A DNA stretch of 64,000 nucleotides, taken from NCBI GenBank assembly GCA_964247055.1, contig OZ176054.1, forward strand, positions 2,356,001 through 2,420,000, given 5' to 3'. Positions 51,865-62,979 of this stretch are shown in pieces (the stretch's first letter is position 1; every line of letters starts with the position of its first letter). A program made the translations under genes and the position numbers. Under the pieces are notes generated by a model that searched no databases, was not told where the DNA came from, and saw only the letters and a list, made by a program, of their open reading frames with translations. This stretch comes from Paragordius varius. Its lineage: Eukaryota; Animalia; Nematomorpha.

Positions 51865-54800
51865 TTAATCGTTACTAGTAATGTCAAGCGCTTTAAGTTC
51901 TTCAATTAATTTGTTTTCAGACTCAATTTTTTCCATCTAATTAGAAAACACAATTATTATTAAAAAGTTAATACAAAGACAAACTATAAAAGGAAAAATA
52001 TTTATAATTTTTTGTTAAAAAAACAGATAATTATTATGTTTTAGCTTACTTTTTAAAGAATAAGATGTTAATTTGTGACACACTCATTTTTATATTTGAC
52101 AAATGTAATTTACAAGTTAAAAAAATCAAGAATCAAATTTTTTAAAAATCAGTTTTTTTACTTTTAATGTAATGAAAAAACTAACTTGTGATTTTGGCAA
52201 AGTTTTCCCGGTCTTAAGTTCTAACCTCAATTCTTCAATTTGTTTAAGGCGCTTTTTTATATTCCGCACTCTTTTAACACGGCTTGATTCATCTTCTACG
52301 GCGGTTATTCCATTAACCATTTTATTTTCATTGAGCAAATTTTTTGCAGGATTTGTCGCAGTTTTCGCGTTAAAAGTACCTTTAAAGTATGAATATTTAT
52401 ATTTATATATATATTTCCAAAAAATCTTAATTTTTGATAGCGTATCCCAACATTTCATTACATTTTTTAAGCAAAAAATAAATTTTGGGAGGAATTAGAT
52501 AATTTGCTTCACTTTGTTATACCATTTCATAAAAAGTCTAAAAGTAGTTAGGCTTTTAAATATGAAACAAAGGGCCATTTCAAAATCAAAAAACAAAAAT
52601 TGTGCCAAATTATATAAAGATAAAATTTGTCAAATATATTTTAATAAAGGCCATTTTTTAGGAATTAACAACAACAAGTGGCTAAATGTTTAAGATGGGT
52701 ATTTTTTATTTTATATTATTTGTTTTTTTAATAATTCGCCTAAAAAGTAAAGAATGCATATAAATTTAGCCACATCAAAAATTTTATATATATTTATATA
52801 AAAATTCTATCTAGTAGAAAAGTATTTCATAATGAAATGTAGCGTTAAATAAAAAGCAAATGCAATGTAATTTTTCTAAAAAGATTATGAAGTAAGAGAA
52901 TAGATGTATTAAATAATATATACAAATAAATTTCAACTTAATAGAAATAACTTAAAATATAATTTTCAATTTTGATATGAATACCTAGGACTTTGGAATT
53001 GCTAGCTACAATATTTGATTTAAACACACCCTTTTTCCCAATATTCGATTTTGCATTGGATGATGATACATTGTTGGTATGTGCTGACATAAGTTCTTGT
53101 TTTCTACGCATACTCGGAGGTATGTAAGCTTTTGGTTTTTCTAAAAAAAACAGGGTGTTTCATAAATTGTGAGAATTTTTTAATTTCGAGTTCCATGTTA
53201 AACTTATTTTTTATATTTATTCCATTATTTCAAAAAAATCGAATAATGCAATAAAATGCGCAGTTTGTAGAGTATGTATTCCAATTAACTATGGAATGAA
53301 AATAAAACCGGGATGGTTAAAAAGTAAGACCGGCTTGGATAAACCCTAACAGAACTGGGTCCTGCTAAAATTTCAACCGGATTTAGGTTCCATTTGTTAA
53401 CGATTTGAACCGCTGTAATTGATTTAATTCAAAAAATAAAAATAAAACCAAAATTATTATTTATTAAAGGATATATAATGCAGTATATCTATACTTTTAC
53501 CATTCCCCATTCATTGTCTTAGGCGCTAATTATCATGTACTTTAGGTCCTATTTGAATTAAATCTTTTGAAGTTGATACGCCTTCCCACAAACTTACTAA
53601 TTTGTGGGTGTTTTTAATAAGGAGTTCCATAATTAAATTAATTTAAAAATATAAATATAAAAAAGGGTCATGATGCAGATATTAAGGCGTGGATTTTTTT
53701 CCACATTTAGTGTTATGATAGGGGATACCAATTTTATATTATTCGTGCTTTAACCATAAAAATATATATAATGGGAAAATATATTATCTAATCAAATCAA
53801 TTGTGTTATATTCTGATATAAATATATTAATTAAAATTGAATAATAGCAAACCTAAGCCTTCGGTATGCATAGTTTGTTGCACAGATTTATCAATAACTG
53901 GGCCATTCACAGCAATATACTTTTGATATGTGATAGGTTTTGGGGGAAGGGGTGTTAAAGGAAACTTTTGACAAATCTAGCCATAAAACAAAAGGAATTA
54001 TTTCATGATTTTCACGATTTAAGACGATTCTAATTAAATTTAATCATCTTAACTTAAATATGAGTGTCTATAAGTTTGAGTGAATAAATAAAGGGCGTAA
54101 ACCATATTTTAATGAGAAATTATAAATATTAATCATATACTTATATTTTTAAAAAATATAAAACCTTATTTGTGAATTACATAGGCATAAATTTTTAGTT
54201 TTTACCATCTTAAATCATTCATTAATGATAAAATTTATCCATAATATATATATTTTATGCGTTTTCTAATGTTATATATTATAGCAAAAATGAATTTGTT
54301 TAAATAATGCTTAGATTTTGAAAATTCATTTTCCAGTAAAAAAAAATTAATTATATAAATAAAAAATACTTACTTGAAAAATTTCATCGGGGGACGGTTT
54401 GGCTATATCCGCATTAGTATAAATATTATTATTTTCATTCTCGTGTACTTTGGGGTTGTCATTATTTGGGAAAATAGAATTAAGAATGGATTTGCTATTA
54501 TTGACTGAGGGATTAATAAGCGATTCATTTGCTGCTATAGAATGGTAAAGCAATGTTCCAGTGTAATGATAAATGGCAAAACTATATTTTATAATAAGTA
54601 AAATCTTTTAAAATCTTTTAAATTGTAAAACAAAATTTATATAATACTTTAAAAAATAAAATTAGGTAGGGATCAATGATTAAAACCATAACCGTTTTTT
54701 TTTTGAAAAACGCCGATTGTTTTCCCTATATAATTTATCTACAATGTTAAGCTTATTAATGAATATTATTTTGTACTTAAAATTATAAAAGTTTTATAAA

Positions 54801-57800
54801 TTAAGGCAAAATAGATTTGGTTCAGTTTTCATTTTTACATTTAAAATAGCCTAATTATATTCAGACAATGAAAATAAATAGTTTTAAATAATAATTTGAC
54901 CAGAATTAACCCAAACCAAAACAAAAAACGGTACCGATTCCAAGGTTTTAAACATAGCATAAAGTTTTAAAGATAAGGTGAGATATATAGCAAAATCAAC
55001 ATTTTTTGATAAAGAGCCGCAAAATAAAAAGTAAAAGCCTACTATATTGTGGGAACCGTATCTTTTTTCATATCCAAGTAAAATTGTTAAATGAGCGATT
55101 TTGAAAATATATGTCTGAGAGTGCATTAACCAAATCTAATAGGCTTTCCTCAACCATTTGAGAATATGATTGATTTGTTATAAGTTTGCGACTCTTTATT
55201 AAACTATTTTATGTTTTTACTTTACGAATTTTACAACTTTTTACAAAATAAAATTATTTTTCTTACCAATTATCAACTCTCATACGAGGACTAGTGGTTG
55301 CTATAACTATCCGTTCTCCATCAGCGCACCATTCAAAAAATGTGGGGACCATTTTATTAAATGTAATTTTATTGATTAGCACGCAATTGAGAAGTTTAGG
55401 TTGTGTATTTACTCCGGATTTTTTGGGGCTAATTTTTGCACCACCTAATGTTGTATATTAAAAAAATATTACATTGTTTGGTTAATCTATAAAAATTAAT
55501 TTAGTTTATTTAAGAAATAGATGTATTTACAGTTAAAATTATTAGAGACAAAACAAATAAGGTAATCAAAAAGCCATATTATCTGATCCTAAAAACCTAA
55601 ATGATTACAATTTTAAAAATTTTCACCTCTATTGATTACTTTGCAAACAAAAACGAGGATTTATTTTAAAATTAAAATCTAGGTTTAAAAATATGGTGTA
55701 CTTCGTAAAAAGTTTATCAATCTTTTAATCTTTATGGTTTTTCTAATAACTAGTATTAATTCTTAAATAAAAAAACACAAACTTTATTTTCTGTATATTT
55801 AACCAAAATCACATGCGTATCCGAAAATAAGATGTGAAAATATTTTATAGTTTTACCCTTTTCCTTTGGTTTTACAGTGGTTTGATTATTAGAAACAAAA
55901 GCATCTTTCCCACTGTTTGTTATTGGAGGGTAAGTTTTAAGATCCCAAAACTCTACCATACCTTGAATATTTCCTGAACCAGTTAAGGCAACTAGTATAT
56001 GGACAACATATCAAAAAATATTGGCTTTTGATGTAAGGATAATAATAATTACCTAAATCTCATATAGGGATTTACATTTTTAAGTAGAGTTAAAATAAAT
56101 TTAAAACATTCAAATTTTATATAGATAAAAGATATCAATAATGATAACATTAAATATGATTCCTTTAACCACTAAATAACAATTTTAATTAAAAGTTAAA
56201 TTCAAAATAAAATATGCTTTTGCATGATGAAATCACATAGATTAATGTTTATATATATTTTTTTGTTATATTTCAATAAAAAATTGTAAAAATTTTTTTT
56301 CAAAAAAAAATCTAAAAAAAAGCTTTTCAAGACAATTAGTAACAATCCATTCAAGATTTAATTACACTGGACAACAAATTTTTCTGCCATTCGAGTTTTT
56401 TGAATTTTCTGATATTTAGTATCATTTTAACAGTAAATCTGAAATAAAAATTATAACTCGTTGGAAGAATTTTGTATAATTTGATTTTTTTGATTATGCG
56501 CCCTCTTTATCAAAATTTTACTAAAAAATATTTTTCTTTGAAAATATACAAGTAATGCCCATTTGTAATATATCATTCGAAAGAGTAATAAAAACTCTAT
56601 AAAATGCATACTAATATGTATTACATCGTCAGTTAATATTGGACACAAAGAGCGACAAACTCGCGAAGCGAGAGCATTTTTTTTTAATTATTATATTTTT
56701 AAAACTAATGGATGAAAATAGCTCAAATTTTGTTTAGATGGTGATGAATGTGCAAAAAAGTTAACACAAGAAAGTTTTTTTGATTAAAACATTTTTTTAT
56801 TTCTTTTATGTCACTCAAAACAGCAATTTTTAAGTTTTTTGTTTTTTAAAAACTACCATCTCATCAATATTAATTTATTTTCTTTATAATGCTGATAATT
56901 TCGAAATTTTAAAGATAAAAACAAAGTTTAAGGTATAGTATTTTTGATCTTTTATAGCCATTATGTAATAAATTTACAGTTATAACTATGTTTAGTATCC
57001 ACTAGGTAAAATATTTATGATAATAATAATTTTTTTAAAAAAGCAAGCCAAAAGCTTTTACAAACATTTTTTTTAAATTAAATATTAATATAACCCTATT
57101 AATTATATTAAAATGATTTATATGATTTTCAAATTAGTTTGTCTGTGAAAATTCTTGATTTATTTAAGGATTGGAAATTTCGACCATTTAAATCCAAATA
57201 ACTTTTACATCGATTCATTTAAATGACTTACTACCATTTAAAATATGCAGTTTTTTGCGCTCTTTCGAATGATAAAATACTTGGCTTCATGTCTAAAACT
57301 TTTAATTTTTGAAATTTCGAGCTTAATGTTAAATCGGGGCCAAAAATTATCGATAAACTCTAATATAAAAAAATTCTTCCATGCTAGACCAATTTTCTTT
57401 TCAGATATACTAATTATGTACTTAAATAAAATTAATTTTAAATTTACAAGAATGGCAGTTAAAAAAAGTTAAAATTTGTTGTCCAGTGTTATTAGATAAA
57501 CATTTTATATTATAAAAATAATATATAATTATTGTTTTGTAAAAAGGATATTTGTCCCTTGGGGATTAAAGTATATTCCATTTCGACTTTCATCGCCAAA
57601 ATCGAAAACTAAATCTCCATCCGAACTAGCATTTAACAGTTGAGTTTTTGAAGGCATTTTACCTTAATATATCATAAAATAAGTTATATTAAAATTTTAA
57701 TAAAGAGTGATTTTTTGTTTCATTATTTTATAACTCAATTCATTTAAAATTTTTAAAATTGACCAAAATTATATGTTAAAAATGTATTATAGAACTTAAT

Positions 57801-60486
57801 TAAAAATTAAAAAGTAATATGTTTCGTTATTTTAATATTCTATTTTAAAATTATCTAAATTTCTACACAAAAAATAGGATATAAAGTATTTATTAACTGT
57901 TATTAATTCAAAACCAAAAAGTATAAAGAGAGCCCTAACATCCAAACATTTTTTTGGGCGCAAATGTTTAAAAAACAAGTTATTAACATTAAAGAGAATC
58001 AATCGCATTTCCAAATCTAATTATCCGAATGCACAAGATGAATACAAAAATACATAAATTTATACCATAAGTCACGCAAAATAATTCCATCCCAGAAACT
58101 GCACAAGTAGCAGGGTTGTCACCACCAGTATTTAATGATGGAATAACCGATTTGACTTCAGAATTACAAGTATTTTCCTTTCTTTTACAGCTCCGGTTAA
58201 TTTGTTCATGTTGAACGTAAAGGTCAGTTAAATTAGGTTTCCACCCCAACCCGTAAATGGGATTAGTTAGGTGTGGAAAGGCAATTGCAATTCCCGATTC
58301 TTTCCGCCTTGAAGCAAAAGCGCCCAGCAAAAAAAGTGCTTGTCGACCATAATAACTTTGATTCGTTTTATCGACCGTACATGTCACCAAAGCTAAAACG
58401 TATTGACCTAGGTATGGCAAAAAAAAAGAAAAAATTTGGAGATATTTTCATCACATGTATAAAATATGAAATGAATATCTTAAGTGTGCGGTGAACTCCT
58501 TCCTCTCACACAAGGAGTTTTTATAAAAATAACAGCACCTATTAACTGACGAGCTCTTGGTAATTATTACCACTTTTCAGATTTTAAAACTAGGCCCTAG
58601 ATTACCTCACTTGTCTAACGCTCATAGGGAGAAAAAAAAATTTTTGTGATCAATATATTAATCTTTTCGAAACATTAGAAAAATTAAGTAATATATGTTA
58701 TAGAAAGAACTGAATATTGATTGGTATTAATTAAACCTAATTTTCACATAAAAGGTCATGATTTAACGAATTTTTTACATTTAGGTCATTATAAAAGAAA
58801 AATGGGTGGGTTCCCACTGTAGATCAAAAAAAAGTATAATGATAAAATTTAGTCAATATTTAAGGCTATATTTTACCGTTATAGGCCATCCTAGGCTAAA
58901 AAAAGTTTAAAAATAAAAATGCTATATAAATCCTTTTCTTTTTTTCACACTAGCGTTTCTTATATATGTGAGATAGCATATCGTTAATTGACAATATGGA
59001 CAATAATTTTATGCTTTTTACAATATATTACATATTAAATGAAGCATATAAAAAACATTTTTTCAACGAAAAATGTTGTAATAATTGTCACAAATTGTAT
59101 GCATATACCAGAATCGCTCCAATAAAATGTGCAATCGTCCCCATCAATCAAACTTTTAGCAGGGAATTGGTTCGGTATGAGATCAGGGTATTGCAAAATT
59201 CGTATCCAAGCAGGTTCATTCTATAGTTTATATGTATGTTTTGTAATAATAACATATTTTAAAATTAGAGTAGTGTTAATTTAAGTTCTTGTTAAAAAAA
59301 TTTCATCACAAAGGTCTCATCAGTTTATGGTGTTTTTATTTTAAAATCTCATTACAAGAAGGGGACGTATATCATTCATTTATCTACAAATTTCCAACAA
59401 TCAACTTTATTTCGTAAAAAAATGAAACAAAATAACAGGGTATTGAACCGAATTCACGGGTTATAAAAACTTAACTCCTTAACTTTAAATAGTTGATTTC
59501 GATGGGTTAAGAAGACCTCACTTTACCAATATGTACTCTGGTTCTCCGAATTATTAAAAAAAACAGCGCGGTTCAGATTCCAACGGTACCTATCTTTTTC
59601 CGGTTGATTCGAAAACCCGATGCGTTTTTAATAATTATACAAATATAATTTTGTATAAATTACTTTTTCCGACCGCGTAAAGGTGGCAATATAAGTTTGA
59701 TTGATTCGTGGTGACACAGAAAATTTGTGAACGGTTAGTGTAGAAGGCGTTTTGCAAAGTGGTGTGTCTCCAATTAAATTAATTGTCATCTTATTTTGAT
59801 CAGAAAAATTATTATCATCCATGATTAATTGTTTATCATTATTTGAAAGCGTTAAGGGATTAGGATAAAATCCCAACATACCATGATGGTTTGACATTAT
59901 CTTTACAAATAGTTTTTCATCTGCAGTCCATTGAATCTCACTAAGTAATATAAAATTTTTAATTAGATAATTGATAAATTTTTTTAAAAATTATTTGACT
60001 TAAATATAAAAAATATGTCTCAAAACCCTGCGAATAGCTGTACCTGAGCTCTAACTTTGTGGAAGGAAAAGATTGCACAATTTGTTTTGAGTATAAATCA
60101 TATATCAGGAGGTTGCGATTAAAATCTAAAAATATTAAATTAATTTACTAATTGGATGATATTCACACCAAATAACCACATATGTCGAAAGTGGGGATAT
60201 CCAAACTTGTTTAACATTAGCAATTTTTTCAGACCATTTCTGCTGTGAGAAATCATTTGTGTCGCAAATAAAAACATGCTCAGCATCATACCAACAAAAA
60301 TATTTCCCATCTCGACTATAAAATAACCCTTTTATATCTTTATTTGACAATCTGTTTGTTAACAATTAAACTACTTGGCATTCGTTTCATTCTTTATAAA
60401 TTGATAACTCTGGGTGTCAAACAATTGTATTCCATGCTTTTGTTGAACTGAAAATTAAAAATGTTAAAACTTGCTAATGAACCCAT
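51865..60486 (-). CDS. EIF2A: Eukaryotic translation initiation factor 2A (~761 aa, 15 exons)
   Basis: Exons 60486-60471, 60447-60375, 60351-60149, 60125-60044, 59940-59664, 59220-59109, 58407-58066, 57662-57552, 55994-55857, 55444-55267, 54581-54374, 53976-53853, 53140-52985, 52379-52186 and 51936-51865 (2286 nt). Motifs are YSRDGKYFCW, IRILQYP, VDKTNQSYYGRQ, YGKMPSK, FDFGDESRN, GNIQGMVEFWD, FEWCADGE...TSPRMRVDN, YHYTGTLL, AYIPPSMR and RNIKKRLKQIEELR. Confidence 0.92.
55995..57551 (-). other. Putative U12-type (minor spliceosome) AT-AC intron in EIF2A
   Basis: The exon ends at ...CAAGGGACAA with no usable GT nearby. The intron begins ATATCCTTTTT (U12 5' consensus) and ends ...CCATATAC before TAGTTGCC. 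Splicing restores NPQGT-I-VALTGSGN, matching the homologous SPHGH-I-LVLAGFGN. Confidence 0.75.
56364..57489. mobile_element. Non-autonomous Tc1/mariner-like element inside the AT-AC intron
   Basis: TIR ACACTGGACAACAAATTTT (56364) versus AAAATTTGTTGTCCAGTGT (57489), extended by CTGCCATTC / GAATGGCAG. No ORF. Confidence 0.6.
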
Positions 60487-62979
60487 CTAAGCTTGCTTGC
60501 GACAACTTCTGATCTTATGAGTGTTTTAACCATCAGATTATCATTTTAAAATATAAGGATATCAAATATAAAGCATAAATATAAACCAATGTTTAGATAA
60601 ATTATTTATCTTTCCACCCGTCTTTTTCTGATCATAAAAAATAAGACTATAAAACATTTATTATTTATTAAATAAAGATAGTTTACTCCAACTCCAAAGG
60701 ATTTAAAAGAAAATTTTAAGTTTGAAAAATTTTAAGTTTGAATTTAACACATTATGATCTTTCGTAGTTTTATCCGAGGGTTAATAAATATTTTAAAAAG
60801 AATATAATATTAAGTTAAATATAAATATATTATCCCTTGACCTTTTTAAAGCACAATTGTTTTTTTAAAAAATCCCCATTTCAAATTTTCGCTTAAATTT
60901 TATTATAATGCTAATATAATAGGAAGCATGGTATTGTTAGAAAATGTAAATAATTATTTGTAGAGAGCTTTCGGGCTGCATTTTCCTAGCTAAAACTTTA
61001 GATCGGACAATGCTTTTTTCATTGACTTCAGTTTTGCTCTGCATTGAATTTTCGCAAAAGGCTAGCATTAAAAATGTTTTTAGTTGATATCAAAAGCAGG
61101 AGCTAGCAATTTTTAATAATGTTTTTAGATAAATGCATATATTTATAATTTTTATCGCACCTCGGCATTTTTGACTTTTAAAGCTAATCCATTTTAAAAA
61201 AGCAAAATAAAATCATATAATTTTTAAAAAAATGTTTTACTATTTTTAGGTATTTTATATATATTTTAGGGATTTTTTCGAAATAAATCATTATCTAAAT
61301 GTCCGCAAATTTTGTTATTTTATAAGCAGAAGCAGTTACTACCAGAGTGATAATAACTTATATCTTAATAAGGGCCCAAACAAAAGCACCCTGATAATCC
61401 TTAAATTTTCCCATCAGAGTATATCTATACATATTTCATCAGGATATTTTTATACCCCGATTTTAGACGCAATGCATGCGAGCCGAGCGTAAAAAAGTCA
61501 TTTTTGACATTACCTACCTAGTTCATCCCAATTCTTCTGATCGTTTTGAAATAATTATTGGCTTTGAAGCAATTTTCCGAAAGCATCGGCGTCAAATTTA
61601 ATATATTTTTTTATGTTTTGGGCCAAGGGATTGAGATATTTTGTTGAATAAGCTTCCTAATTATATCCATACTCCTGAAATTGGGGGATTTTTTTCTACT
61701 GACTTAAAAGCGATTATTCAAAAAACGTTGACTCATTTAAATTAAACAATAGATATTTGTCCATTTCAGTCCTTAACCCTCTTAACAATAGAGGCTTTTG
61801 AAAAATTAATGACTCCAAAATTTTAGTTTGAAGCCATTTCGGAAAATATGGTCCATTTAAATTCCATAGTTTTTTATCTAACAATTGCCTGGCGTGAAAT
61901 AGCCATTTGAATTAGCCGCTCTATTTAATCTAAAAATACAATCTAATAATTAAACAACTGGTATTAATACATACAATTTGTGTGAGTAAAAATTAGGGCT
62001 CCCATTATTATCAGACTAAGCGTGTTTTGACAAGGCCAGCTGTTATATTATATTTAAATGGTTTTATGATAATTTGGATTTCTCATACTCTATACCTTAT
62101 AAATCAAATAAGATAAGCTCGGAGTCTAAATAGATGCATCGTTTGTATTTTAGTAACTTATAAAATATTACTTTTATCTTCTTTATTTCCGAATGAAATT
62201 CAAATATAAAATGGATATTAATTAATTTAAGCGCGATTTTTTTAAATCTCATATGTTTTTGTATCCATTGCCGGTGTTTATAACAAAAGAATTATAAAAA
62301 ATATTACCATATGTTTAATCTTTACTTTTTTATAAAAGATTACATTTTAGAGTAGTTTTATAACCATAACCTATTACTTTGGCTTATTTTATCAAATTAT
62401 AATTGCTAAATAAATCTTCTGTTTTAACACTTCGATTTAAATTAGGGTATCTAAATACCCCAGATAAAATTTAAATTATTATTTTTAAAAAACTATTGAA
62501 GAAAACGGTCCCAATTCAAATTTATGTTTCTATCCTGATAAAAATTGTAAAATAAGCCAAATATTTAAATATCATTTTGTTTTGAAAAAAAATTTCATGT
62601 CAGACTACTTGGATGCCATTTTTATTTAAAAATTTTGAAAATGTAGTGTTCATATAATTTTAAGGTAAAATTAAAGCTAATTTTTTGCTTAAAATTCAGC
62701 TAACATTGATAGAATTAGAAAAAGTGGTTAATTTTTTAATTTAGCCAATGCACACATGTTCGTCTAACTTTTTAGCTTTGGGTTTTACATTAAAATGGGA
62801 ATAAAGTATTTTTGAATATTTTTTTTATATTTCTCTTTATCAGTGTTATATAAGCGCAAAATTTTGCCATGGTTTAGATATCTTCCATATTTAATTTTAA
62901 ATAGGCCTGGGGTATATAACTACCCCAATTAAAATCGAAGGACTGAAATGAGTATGTTGTATCATTTTACTGTGGCAAA

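Noticed and set aside
56659-56671. Hairpin CTCGC-GAA-GCGAG, Helitron/Helentron-like end
   Set aside because: It is an isolated motif inside another element, with no matching 5' terminus identified.
8516-58494. Antisense or overlapping ORFs in the track (e.g. 8516-8713, 13335-13523, 14123-14362, 14841-15059, 21159-21428, 25290-25595, 26095-26403, 36426-36671, 46770-46967, 50499-50681, 52172-52498, 58273-58494)
   Set aside because: They are shadow frames of real exons or of the transposase, with no independent support.
59300-59335. Minus-strand CTGATGA...GAAA, a second hammerhead or box C/D snoRNA candidate
   Set aside because: Stem II does not pair and no box D (CTGA) follows at a suitable distance.
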